In this document: positions 1 through 8,975 of the stretch, piece after piece
Layout of the letters: the number at the start of each line of letters is the position of its first letter
How positions within the stretch are numbered: position 1 is the first letter of the stretch
Virus record (IMG/VR): IMGVR_UViG_3300010352_001202
DNA length: 64,000 bases
Origin: a virus
Lineage: Duplodnaviria > Caudoviricetes
Strand: one strand, 5' to 3'
Notes under the pieces: generated by a model
Seen by the model: only the letters and a program-made list of their open reading frames with translations
What the model was told of the DNA's origin: nothing
Databases searched by the model: none
Made by a program: the position numbers and the translations under genes

Positions 1-330
1 GAAGTAAACAGCATTATTCAGCAGAGATATCCACTTGATGCATGGAATGTTTATTGTGTTCAAGCTTCAGATGGCGATAACTTTGATCACGATAATGCTT
101 CATTGAAAGATGAATTAGAACTTCTAATACCTAAATGCCAGTATTATGTCTATAATGAAGTTCTGCAGGATAGAGCATATGGCAGCAGTAGCGAAACAAA
201 TGTATTAACCGTAATGAAAGCATTGGCTGAAGAATATTCTAATTTGTCTATTGTGAATATTGGATCAGTTGAAAATGTTGTGCCAACATTTAGAAAAATA
301 TTTACAAAGAAACCCAAAGATGCAAAATAA
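1..330 (+). CDS. yeaH: YeaH/YhbH (DUF444, vWA-like) family protein, C-terminal part (truncated by window start)
   Basis: Frame 1 from base 1 reads EVNSIIQQRYPLDAWNVYCVQASDGDNF..., matching the YeaH motif RYPxxxWNxYxxQASDGDN; directly upstream of SpoVR. Confidence 0.85.
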   Translation, partial: EVNSIIQQRYPLDAWNVYCVQASDGDNFDHDNASLKDELELLIPKCQYYVYNEVLQDRAYGSSSETNVLTVMKALAEEYSNLSIVNIGSVENVVPTFRKIFTKKPKDAK

Positions 331-1783
331 ATATTTGTTTGAAGGGTCCGAATGGGACTTTAATCTCGTGGATAGAACAATGAAGGAGCTAGATAAAATA
401 GCTCCCGAATTAAAGCTCGATATTTATCCTAACCAACTAGAAGTTATTACAAGCGAACAGATGCTCGATGCTTATGCCAGCGTTGGACTTCCGGTTATGT
501 ATAAACACTGGAGTTTCGGTAAACAATTCTCATACGAGAGCGATATGTACCGTAAAGGCAAGCGTGGCCTAGCGTACGAGATGGTCCTAAATACAAATCC
601 TTGCATTAATTTCCTTATGGAGGAAAATACAGCAACAACACAGGTACTTGTATTGGCTCACGCTGGATACGGGCATAATCATGTGTTTAAGAATAACTAT
701 ATGTTCAAGCAATGGACAGATGCTAGTAGCATTGTTGATTATCTTATCTTTGCTAAGAATTTCATTGCCGAATGTGAAGAAAAGTATGGTGCAGATGAGG
801 TTGAAAAGACTTTAGATGCAGCACATGCCTTAATGAATCACGGAGTCGACAGATATCGTAGACCTTCCAAGCTAAGTCTCGATAAAGAAAGAGAAAAGCA
901 AGAAGAACGAAAGAAATATCTGCAAGAGCAGGTAAATGAGTTGTGGAGAACTATTCCGACCACTAAGGCAAAGCCTGTTGAGGATACAAAATTTCTAAAA
1001 GAACCAGAAGAAAACATTCTTTACTTCTTAGAAAAGAAATCCCCTAAATTAAAGAACTGGCAGAGAGAAATTCTTCGCGTAGTTAGAAAGATTGCACAGT
1101 ATTTTGAACCACAAAGATGCACAAAGGTGCTCAATGAAGGATGGGCAAGCTTCACACACTATTACATGATGAATAGACTTTACGATAAGGGTCTACTATC
1201 TGAGGGTGCAATGCTTGAATTCCTTCAATTGCACACAAATGTTCTGTATCAACCAGATTTTGATAGTAAGTATTACAACGGAATGAATCCTTACTACTTA
1301 GGATTTGAAATCTTCAATGATATTCGCCGCATTTGCGAAAATCCTACCGCAGAAGACGAGGAATATTTTCCAGATCTAATGGGTGTTAATTGGGTTGACG
1401 CATGTATTGATGCTGTAGCAAATTACAGAGACGAAAGCTTTATTAGACAGTTCCTTAGCCCGCACCTGTGCAGAAAAATGGGTTTATTCTTGCTAAATGA
1501 CGACAACAAGAGTGATTACCTTGTAAAAGCTATTCATGACGAGCGCGGATTTAAACAAATAAGAAAATCTCTTGCCGATAATTATCTAACAGAGAACTAT
1601 ATGCCTAAAATCGAAGTGGTCGATGTTGATCATTACGGTACACGAAAGCTAACACTCATGTATTACAAGGTAGGTAATAGGGAATTGTCTCCCCAATCAA
1701 AGAATGTTATCAAACACATTGAAAATTTGTGGGGATTTCCTGTAGAGCTTGTTGATCAGGATATGAAACAGTACAAAGTTTAA
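320..1783 (+). CDS. spoVR: SpoVR/YcgB family protein
   Basis: Motifs HWSFGK, GLAYEMVLN, HAGYGHNHVFKNN, TKVLNEGWASFTHY; likely start ATG 320 overlapping the yeaH end. Confidence 0.95.
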   Translation: MQNKYLFEGSEWDFNLVDRTMKELDKIAPELKLDIYPNQLEVITSEQMLDAYASVGLPVMYKHWSFGKQFSYESDMYRKGKRGLAYEMVLNTNPCINFLMEENTATTQVLVLAHAGYGHNHVFKNNYMFKQWTDASSIVDYLIFAKNFIAECEEKYGADEVEKTLDAAHALMNHGVDRYRRPSKLSLDKEREKQEERKKYLQEQVNELWRTIPTTKAKPVEDTKFLKEPEENILYFLEKKSPKLKNWQREILRVVRKIAQYFEPQRCTKVLNEGWASFTHYYMMNRLYDKGLLSEGAMLEFLQLHTNVLYQPDFDSKYYNGMNPYYLGFEIFNDIRRICENPTAEDEEYFPDLMGVNWVDACIDAVANYRDESFIRQFLSPHLCRKMGLFLLNDDNKSDYLVKAIHDERGFKQIRKSLADNYLTENYMPKIEVVDVDHYGTRKLTLMYYKVGNRELSPQSKNVIKHIENLWGFPVELVDQDMKQYKV

Positions 1784-1805
1784 GGGCCCCGTAGGGCCCT
1801 TTTTT
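1783..1805 (+). terminator. Intrinsic terminator between convergent genes
   Basis: AGGGCCC-CGTA-GGGCCCT followed by a T-run. Confidence 0.85.
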
Positions 1806-3135
1806 ATATTCCTGCAAATATTCTAAACTGACGCGGCGGTAAGCCGTGTTTCTTTACATAGTATTCAAACGCCCATTTAACACCATGCTCCGCAATGGTG
1901 TCCTGAACAAGTTGGCTAAATGTCGCAGCACTAGAGCCTTGCATTGAACTTTTTGGTGCTTTGGCAAGTTTCTGTGGATCACCGACATGAGGGCCTTGAT
2001 ATACTTCGTCGAGCATAGGAGCCAATAGTTCAGCAAGCTTTTCTTCGTAAGCCCTGTTACTGTTGGGGCCGGATCTGTCACCGGTTTTTGTTCTAATTTT
2101 CTGATCTGCTCTGTTAGAGCCCTCGACATCCTTATTTAATCGATATAGGGAAGCTTTCTTTGTGCGATCAGGTGACTTTACCTTTTGCTTATAGCTTTTC
2201 ATGGTATCGACACTCAATTCGTTTAGCTCTTGCTCTTTTACAATTTCGTCAAGCATCTTTTCATAGCTTACATCTTGTGCAGGGGCACAGCGATTGATAC
2301 CGCCCATAGAACCCTCACCAAATCTGTCGCGATATGTATTTTGTTTCATGCCACGCGGTGTTCCTATAACGCTATTACCTTCGCCCGATAGTAAAAGATC
2401 GTACATTAGTTTGATAATCGCCATTGGCCTAGTCATTCCGTCGATCTTATCATAGAAATAAGCAATCTTTTCAGGCTTCATTCTTCTTGCAGCCTTTCCT
2501 TTTATTAGAACTTTGGCTTGAGCTTGCAAAGTTGGTAGATCTCTAATTGTTTCTAATCTCTTGATATCGTCTACTGTGAAATTATCATTAGAACCGTCAT
2601 TTGGCCCTTCCTTGACATGCTTCTTAGCATCATTTGCAAATTGCTTCTTGGTTGCTTGCACAATTCCGTGGAATCTCTTATTGCCACGAGCGGTATCACC
2701 TGCCTTATCGGCAGCCCTTGCATCAGCACCAGCAGCAGTTTTGTACTGTGCAAGCTTTTCGGTCGAAACTTCCATAATGTCTTCATCTTCGTCGGCAAGT
2801 TTTTCAACAACAATAACATTGCTTACAGGAGTCTTCATTAAGCGTCCATCGCCCACCCTAAAAAGAACTTCTGCATATCCTGCGCGATTTTGCCCGATAC
2901 TTTCAACCTTACCTTCCATCTGCATCTTCTTTGTGCGAATAGTATCGCCTGGTTTAGGAGTATCTGACTCGTCTTCTTCCATTTTCTTAGAAGTTTTCAT
3001 CCATTCGTCGTAGTTGAACGGTTGTTTTTGGTAGTCAGGATTAGTAGGCGGCTTATTTAGTGGAGGTGCATTCTTTCTCCACGGAGTTTCCCTACGGTCT
3101 CTGTTATCATCACTTTCGAACTGGGCTGAATTCAT
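1804..3135 (-). CDS. Hypothetical modular protein, probable head-internal protein
   Basis: 443-aa ORF with late promoter upstream; repeated modules beginning IME|VSTEKLAQYK, LNE|LSVDTMKSYK, VKE|G, LDE|V. Confidence 0.6.
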   Translation of the reverse strand: MNSAQFESDDNRDRRETPWRKNAPPLNKPPTNPDYQKQPFNYDEWMKTSKKMEEDESDTPKPGDTIRTKKMQMEGKVESIGQNRAGYAEVLFRVGDGRLMKTPVSNVIVVEKLADEDEDIMEVSTEKLAQYKTAAGADARAADKAGDTARGNKRFHGIVQATKKQFANDAKKHVKEGPNDGSNDNFTVDDIKRLETIRDLPTLQAQAKVLIKGKAARRMKPEKIAYFYDKIDGMTRPMAIIKLMYDLLLSGEGNSVIGTPRGMKQNTYRDRFGEGSMGGINRCAPAQDVSYEKMLDEIVKEQELNELSVDTMKSYKQKVKSPDRTKKASLYRLNKDVEGSNRADQKIRTKTGDRSGPNSNRAYEEKLAELLAPMLDEVYQGPHVGDPQKLAKAPKSSMQGSSAATFSQLVQDTIAEHGVKWAFEYYVKKHGLPPRQFRIFAGI

Positions 3136-3157
3136 GTCAAAATCCTTTTCTTTAGAC

Positions 3158-3165
3158 TATTTATC
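3158..3165 (-). promoter_or_regulatory. T4-type late promoter GATAAATA
   Basis: TATTTATC on + strand, 23 nt before the 3135 start. Confidence 0.65.
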
Positions 3166-3171
3166 CATTAT

Positions 3172-3200
3172 TTGACAAAACCGTTAACATTGTATATAAT
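3172..3200 (+). promoter_or_regulatory. sigma70-type promoter
   Basis: TTGACA-17 nt-TATAAT perfect consensus. Confidence 0.85.
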
Positions 3201-3269
3201 GGTAATGTTGCTGGGCTAAATAATTAGCCTGTTGGTATATCCAACTAGGGCAATTTAGGAGAAAGAAAG

Positions 3270-3809
3270 ATGCTTACAGCAAAACTTCTCCTTGTATATC
3301 TTTTGAGCACAGCAGGCGCCATTGATTTAGGCGTTGACACATCAACAATAGACCCTTCCGAAGCATATTGCTTGGCAGAGAATATTTACTATGAAGCGAG
3401 AAGTGAAAGTATACAAGGTCAATTTGCAGTTGCTTCTGTTACCCTAAATCGTGTAAATGATTCACGATTCCCAAATACTATCTGTAGGGTGGTTAAACAA
3501 ACAGCCACATCGAGGATTAGTAAGAAGATTGTCTGCGCTTTTTCATGGTATTGCGAGAATGACAAACGGGGTAAAGAAATACCTGTTCGAAACAAGGACG
3601 GATCCGTTAACCAAAAGGTGGTTGACCAGTTTCAGGTAGCGAGTATCGTAGCAATTAAGGTACTCAGCGGAGAAGTCAAGGATAACACACACGGGGCGAC
3701 CCATTTTCATAACCCGACTGCTAGTCAACCTGGCTGGACATCGGAATTAAAGAAAACAATGAGAGTGGGAAACCACGATTTTTACAGACTACCTCCTGTA
3801 AGGGAGTAA
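3270..3809 (+). CDS. Cell wall hydrolase, SleB/Hydrolase_2 family
   Basis: CLAENIYYEARSE, VASVTLNRV, FPNTICRVV, GATHFH, GNHDFY; N-terminal signal-like segment. Confidence 0.9.
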   Translation: MLTAKLLLVYLLSTAGAIDLGVDTSTIDPSEAYCLAENIYYEARSESIQGQFAVASVTLNRVNDSRFPNTICRVVKQTATSRISKKIVCAFSWYCENDKRGKEIPVRNKDGSVNQKVVDQFQVASIVAIKVLSGEVKDNTHGATHFHNPTASQPGWTSELKKTMRVGNHDFYRLPPVRE

Positions 3810-3810
3810 A

Positions 3811-4098
3811 ATGGGCGGGGCTTCGGCCCCGTTTTATATGGTAAATCCAAATCACAATTGGCGGAACGATCCGGGAATTTCTTCTGTAGTAGAATATAAG
3901 AAGAGATTTGCATTCACACCGGTTAAATGTTCCGATGGGACACGCATTTGGTGGGAACCCTATTACGAAAAGTTTCTTACATGGTCTGCAGGGCATGGCA
4001 GAGTATTTAACGATGACGACGAATACGGTCACAGGGAATCTGTGGAGTATATTACTGAGGCAGATTACATAATCAGGAAGTTGTCCGAAACACTTTGA
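3811..4098 (+). CDS. Hypothetical phage protein
   Basis: 95-aa ORF; RFAFTPVKCSDGTRIWWEPYY; C-terminal EYITEADYIIRKL motif. Confidence 0.6.
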   Translation: MGGASAPFYMVNPNHNWRNDPGISSVVEYKKRFAFTPVKCSDGTRIWWEPYYEKFLTWSAGHGRVFNDDDEYGHRESVEYITEADYIIRKLSETL

Positions 4099-4140
4099 CA
4101 TTCTTATAACTACAGCGTAAAATCGTTTCGTAGTTAAGGG
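4095..4140 (+). promoter_or_regulatory. sigma70-type promoter embedded in a hairpin reaching the thyA SD
   Basis: TTGACA(4095)-17-TAAAAT(4118); TAACTAC 4107-4113 pairs with GTAGTTA 4130-4136. Confidence 0.7.
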
Positions 4141-4146
4141 GTGTAC

Positions 4147-5013
4147 ATGCAAAATTTCGTTGATTTATTACAAGATATTCTACAGAATGGTGTAGACAAG
4201 TCAGACAGGACAGGAATCGGCTCACGCGCCGTATTCGGCCGTCAACTTCGCTGGGATCTAAGCGAAGGGTTTCCAATTTTAACAACTCGTAAGGTTCCGT
4301 TGCGCATAGCTTTTGAAGAGACTATGTTCTTTCTTCGCGGCCATACACAAACAAAGTTGCTAGAAGAAAAGAAAATTAATATCTGGAAGGGTAATACCTC
4401 TAGAGAGTTTCTAGATAATCGCGGACTAAATTATTTGCCCGAAGGAGATATGGGTAAAGGGTACGGATATCAATGGAGACACTGGGAATCGCCGGATCGT
4501 CTGTATGCAGGTAAGACAAATGAAATAGATCAAATTAAAGATCTATTAGAAGGCATTAGAAAAGATCCATTTGGTAGACGGCATGTTGTTACTGGCTGGA
4601 ACCCGGGGCAATTGCACGAAATGGCATTACCGCCATGCCACATGTTACATATGTATTCGGTTGATCCATTAGGCAAACTGCATACTTCATTTGTAATGCG
4701 TAGTAACGATGTTCCTTTTGGATTACCGTTCAATATTATGAGTTATGCACTTCTAAATCATATTTTTGCAAAACACCTGGGACTTATCCCGGGAGATTTA
4801 ATTTATATGGGTCATGATGTTCATATCTATCAGAATCAAATGGATATGGTTAAGGAACAGCTCACAAGAACTCCTAAAGCATTGCCTACACTCAATATTA
4901 AGAAAGATTTACCTACGCTAGAGGCCATTATGGATCTGCAATGGGAAGATGTTGAACTGATTGGATATGATCCACATCCTGATATCGCTAACAAGCCGGA
5001 GATGGCAAAATGA
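4147..5013 (+). CDS. thyA: Thymidylate synthase
   Basis: DRTGIG, YGYQWR, MALPPCH, RSNDVPFGLPFN, DVHIY. Confidence 0.97.
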   Translation: MQNFVDLLQDILQNGVDKSDRTGIGSRAVFGRQLRWDLSEGFPILTTRKVPLRIAFEETMFFLRGHTQTKLLEEKKINIWKGNTSREFLDNRGLNYLPEGDMGKGYGYQWRHWESPDRLYAGKTNEIDQIKDLLEGIRKDPFGRRHVVTGWNPGQLHEMALPPCHMLHMYSVDPLGKLHTSFVMRSNDVPFGLPFNIMSYALLNHIFAKHLGLIPGDLIYMGHDVHIYQNQMDMVKEQLTRTPKALPTLNIKKDLPTLEAIMDLQWEDVELIGYDPHPDIANKPEMAK

Positions 5014-5330
5014 TCACAATGTCAAACGACCAAATTCTAAAAATTGCACTTCTTGATAAGTTGTTTGGCTCCGTAGATGTTACTACCCTGAAGGAATTTA
5101 CCGAATCTGAACAGGTTGTGGCAAAGCTAAAGGGCATAGATCAAAATCCAGAAATTTTTATGCATCTTATTAGAGAACACGATATGCTGACTCTGGATCT
5201 TGCAACCACAAAGGCCGATTTGGCGTCTCTAAAGGGAGATTTCTCGACATTGTTGAAAGCGTTGAACATGACTGTATTCAGCTATAGTCAGGATATGAAC
5301 AATTTAAAGCAAAAGCACAATGTCTATTAA
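5010..5330 (+). CDS. Hypothetical protein
   Basis: 106-aa ORF with ATGA overlap to thyA. Confidence 0.65.
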   Translation: MITMSNDQILKIALLDKLFGSVDVTTLKEFTESEQVVAKLKGIDQNPEIFMHLIREHDMLTLDLATTKADLASLKGDFSTLLKALNMTVFSYSQDMNNLKQKHNVY

Positions 5331-5332
5331 GC

Positions 5333-5398
5333 AGCGGATAAATACTTGTGTCACACAACGGTGACAACTTTTCAAAACTAATATCCGCTTAAGGAAGG
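5333..5398 (+). promoter_or_regulatory. Late promoter within a structured leader of folE
   Basis: GATAAATA 5337-5344; AGCGGATA 5333-5340 pairs with TATCCGCT 5382-5389; inner hairpin TGTCAC/GTGACA; SD AAGGAAGG follows. Confidence 0.6.
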
Positions 5399-5405
5399 AT
5401 TCAAA

Positions 5406-6086
5406 ATGTCATACAATAAAACCAAATGCGACCCCGAATTGGGTCAACAAGTTCATGCTCACCTCGTAAAGATGGGAGTAGAAACCCCGATGGGCGAAGA
5501 GCTCTTCGAAGATAGAAAAACTAAGATTGAAGAAATCGAAATTCATTTCGGTCAAATTATGAAAATCTTAGGACTTGATTTAACTGACGATAGCCTAATC
5601 GAAACACCAAAGCGTGTTGCCAAGATGTATGTAAACGAAATTTTCTGGGGTCTCGATTACGATGCATTCCCGAAATGTACAGCAGTCGACAACAAAATGT
5701 CTTATGACGAGATGGTTGTCGAAAGAAATGTAAATGTACAATCAAATTGCGAACACCACTTCGTTGTTATCGACGGGCTTGCCACAGTCGCTTATATTCC
5801 AAATAAGAAAGTCTTAGGATTATCTAAGATCAACCGCATCGTTGAATATTTCAGCAAGCGTCCGCAGATCCAGGAAAGACTTACAGAACAAATCTACCAT
5901 GCACTCCAGCATATCCTTGACACAGACAATATCGGTGTCGTAATCCATGCACAGCATTTCTGTGTAAAGAGCAGAGGTGTCGAAGATACAGGTTCCAGTA
6001 CAATCACTAGTAAACTAGGCGGTGTGTTTAAGACCGACCCCAATGTTCGTACCGAATTTATGAGGTTAGTGTCTGTAAAGGAATAA
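5406..6086 (+). CDS. folE: GTP cyclohydrolase I
   Basis: [39 protein letters not shown]. Confidence 0.97.
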   Translation: MSYNKTKCDPELGQQVHAHLVKMGVETPMGEELFEDRKTKIEEIEIHFGQIMKILGLDLTDDSLIETPKRVAKMYVNEIFWGLDYDAFPKCTAVDNKMSYDEMVVERNVNVQSNCEHHFVVIDGLATVAYIPNKKVLGLSKINRIVEYFSKRPQIQERLTEQIYHALQHILDTDNIGVVIHAQHFCVKSRGVEDTGSSTITSKLGGVFKTDPNVRTEFMRLVSVKE

Positions 6087-6088
6087 TA

Positions 6089-6448
6089 ATGGACCAAGTC
6101 GACACATTTAACAGATTGAAAAGAATTCCCTTTTCGGAAATGGCTGAAAAAATAGATATACGAAATTTTGCTGCACCAATTGCACCTGTATACAAGCTAG
6201 GGCAATTGACTGTAGAATCTTCACAATACTATAATAGAGAATTGACCATACATTATTGGAGAATAAAAACATTCGAAGATAATGGCTGGACTTTTGAAGA
6301 TTTTATGCTAGAGTCCGAAAAGAAAGCTATCAAAGAGCAGATAGCTGAATTTAATACTGAAAATCAGATACCGCAAGCATTAATTGATAGGGCTAAAGTA
6401 TTCTTTCCTAATGTTAAATTTGTCCACGCAAGTGTAGAATTGGAGTAA
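6089..6448 (+). CDS. Hypothetical protein
   Basis: 119-aa ORF packed between folE and queD. Confidence 0.65.
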   Translation: MDQVDTFNRLKRIPFSEMAEKIDIRNFAAPIAPVYKLGQLTVESSQYYNRELTIHYWRIKTFEDNGWTFEDFMLESEKKAIKEQIAEFNTENQIPQALIDRAKVFFPNVKFVHASVELE

Positions 6449-6450
6449 TC

Positions 6451-6900
6451 ATGGGAAAATTTGTATCAACAAAAACATATAGTTCCGAAAGAGGATATGC
6501 AGTTGCTTATCGTCAGTGGCGTGCAGAAAGCCATTGCCGTCTAATCCACGGTTATGCATTAAGCTTCTATCTAGAGTTTGAATCTGAAACTGTAGATGTA
6601 AGAAACTGGGTTGTAGACTTCGGATCATTGAAATCATTCAAGGATTTCCTCGATGACACATTCGATCATACAATGCTAGTTGCGCAGGATGATCCCGAGT
6701 TTAAGACATTCGAAATGCTTCACGAAAAGAAGCTTTGCAAGATGGTTGTAGTTGAGCGAACCGGGTGCGAAGGATTAAGTAAGTTCTTGCATGAATATGT
6801 AAACGAGATTTGGCTGCCCGAAAACGGCTATTCTGGTGTCCACTGCAGGAAAGTAGTTGTATCCGAAACACCCGCTAACTCTGCGTGGTACGAAGGCTGA
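6451..6900 (+). CDS. queD: 6-carboxytetrahydropterin synthase / PTPS (QueD-like)
   Basis: HCRLIHGY, VVDFGSLK, FDH, C-terminal VSETPANSA. Confidence 0.88.
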   Translation: MGKFVSTKTYSSERGYAVAYRQWRAESHCRLIHGYALSFYLEFESETVDVRNWVVDFGSLKSFKDFLDDTFDHTMLVAQDDPEFKTFEMLHEKKLCKMVVVERTGCEGLSKFLHEYVNEIWLPENGYSGVHCRKVVVSETPANSAWYEG

Positions 6901-6901
6901 T

Positions 6902-7165
6902 ATGGCTGTAACAGAAGTTCGCGGAGTACACGGAATTGTAGGTTATCTACACGAAGTTGAATGCAATGAGCCTCATAGCATTCTTATCTTTCAATTACCG
7001 AGAGAAACAAAATTCTTGAGCGATACTTATGTTAAGGGGGCAATGGATTCTGTCACAAAATCCTTGCCCGCTGGCAGGACTGCTTTAATCATCGGCTGTG
7101 ATGTAAATGTATATGAATTGGCAGAAGCCGATGCTATAATACTAAAGCTAAAAGGCCTCGTCTGA
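6902..7165 (+). CDS. Hypothetical protein
   Basis: ATG 6902 right after queD; C-terminal ELAEADAIILKLKG motif. Confidence 0.6.
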   Translation: MAVTEVRGVHGIVGYLHEVECNEPHSILIFQLPRETKFLSDTYVKGAMDSVTKSLPAGRTALIIGCDVNVYELAEADAIILKLKGLV

Positions 7166-7183
7166 AAATCAGGTAAATAATAG

Positions 7184-8974
7184 ATGATATTCGCACTGCT
7201 AACTTTATTAGCAGCCTTAGCATTGGCTGCTGTCGCTGGATGGTTTTCTATTGTAGGATTTATGGCAATTTATGCCGGAGCTCCTATGTATGCCCTCATC
7301 ATGGGTGTGGTCACAGAGTGTGCCAAGCTGGTAACAACCAGTTGGGTTTACCGAAACTGGGAACATGCTGGGTGGCGATTAAAAGGACCACTCATTTATT
7401 TCACCCTAGCCCTAATGACTGCCACCAGCATTGGGGTTTTTGGCTTTTTATCAAAGGCACACTTAGAACAAGGTGCTGGCACAATTGATAATTCAGCTAA
7501 GATCGAACAACTTCAGTATCAAATTGAGCGAGAGAAAGCAACAATCACTGATAATGAAAAGCTTACAAAGCAATTAGATGATACTGTTAATTCGTTATTA
7601 GGAAAAGATAGAGCTGACCGTGCTTTGTCGGTAAGAAAGAGCCAGGCCGCTCAACGCACCCAGTTGCGTAATGATACAGCAGAAGCACAAAAGAGAATTG
7701 ACGGCATAAATGCTGAAAAGTTCAAACTCGAATCCGAAGTTAGAAAGCAACAATTGGATGTAGGTCCAATTCGGTACATTGCTGAATTATTTTACGGCGC
7801 TACCAATGACACAGGTAAGAATATAGAGACTGCTGTTCGAATCTTTACCTTACTTCTTGTGTCGACACTTGACCCTCTTGCTGTTATATTGTTAGTTGCG
7901 GCAAATCACACATTAATGCGGTTACGGAATGAGAAAGACACGAAAACCCAAAAAGAAGAGCCTGCTAGACAAGCTGGACATGACAACATTCCCGAAACTG
8001 ACACGCCAGACAGCCAAGCATTTGTTGAAGGCCCAATCATACTTCCGGACTTTGGTTTTAAAGACACCGACAATGCGGCGAATAATAGCGCACCAAGCAC
8101 AGAGACATCCAAAACCGAGATACATGTTCCGTTACCTCAGGAAACTGTGGGATTACTAGATGAGATTGAAGAAGTCATTGAGGAAAAGGTTAGAGATATT
8201 CCAGTCGAAACATTACCACATACAATCGTGGTGGCCGACCCGCCTGCGAATGATTCGTTATATGAAGACTCCGAAGAATCAACCGCCCCCGAGGCCGATC
8301 CGGAACCGAGGTTACAAGACGAAGAGGTAATCGATGAAGAAGAACTCGGTATGGTACCGACTACAATACAGGAAGAAGATATTCAGGATATTTTGGCACC
8401 AACCCTCAATTGTGAGGATCCGGAAGAAGAAATTAATATTACAACCTCACCGAAAGTTCCCAAGATACAAAGTGAAGGCAATGTAAATGAGATTGAAGCG
8501 TCAGTATTGGAGAAATTTCAACCAAAAATTACAACGACACCTATTGCCGGCGCAATTTCGCCTATACCTACAAGTGTTATCAGGCCGCAAACCGCAATCA
8601 GCACTGAGATCGAAGAAATTCCCTCGTTATCGACACCTAAGATAAAAGAAGTCCCGGATGCAAAACAACCATGGGCACAGAATGAAGCTATCCTAAGAGA
8701 AATATTAGGTGCAAGACCACATTTTATTCCACAAAAAGTAAATGAAGAAGAAAAGCCTGCAATTGTTCACCCATCCGAAACCGGCAAGACGGATTCCGAG
8801 ATTGAGACCGGGATCCAGATTGAAGAAGAAGCTAAAGAAATACATACCGAAGCACCGGGAACAGATAAAGGTTCGGATGACGCGTCGAGCAATCGCAATG
8901 AAGGCACTTTTCGGGTCGCCGATAATAAGTATCCTAAAGCATTGAGCTGGTTATCCGAATTTAAGAGGGCATAA
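7184..8974 (+). CDS. Membrane protein with coiled coil and long acidic Pro/Glu-rich tail
   Basis: Three N-terminal hydrophobic segments, heptad region, VGPIRYIAE..., fourth TM (LDPLAVILLVAAN), acidic C-terminus. Confidence 0.7.
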   Translation: MIFALLTLLAALALAAVAGWFSIVGFMAIYAGAPMYALIMGVVTECAKLVTTSWVYRNWEHAGWRLKGPLIYFTLALMTATSIGVFGFLSKAHLEQGAGTIDNSAKIEQLQYQIEREKATITDNEKLTKQLDDTVNSLLGKDRADRALSVRKSQAAQRTQLRNDTAEAQKRIDGINAEKFKLESEVRKQQLDVGPIRYIAELFYGATNDTGKNIETAVRIFTLLLVSTLDPLAVILLVAANHTLMRLRNEKDTKTQKEEPARQAGHDNIPETDTPDSQAFVEGPIILPDFGFKDTDNAANNSAPSTETSKTEIHVPLPQETVGLLDEIEEVIEEKVRDIPVETLPHTIVVADPPANDSLYEDSEESTAPEADPEPRLQDEEVIDEEELGMVPTTIQEEDIQDILAPTLNCEDPEEEINITTSPKVPKIQSEGNVNEIEASVLEKFQPKITTTPIAGAISPIPTSVIRPQTAISTEIEEIPSLSTPKIKEVPDAKQPWAQNEAILREILGARPHFIPQKVNEEEKPAIVHPSETGKTDSEIETGIQIEEEAKEIHTEAPGTDKGSDDASSNRNEGTFRVADNKYPKALSWLSEFKRA

Positions 8975-8975
8975 C

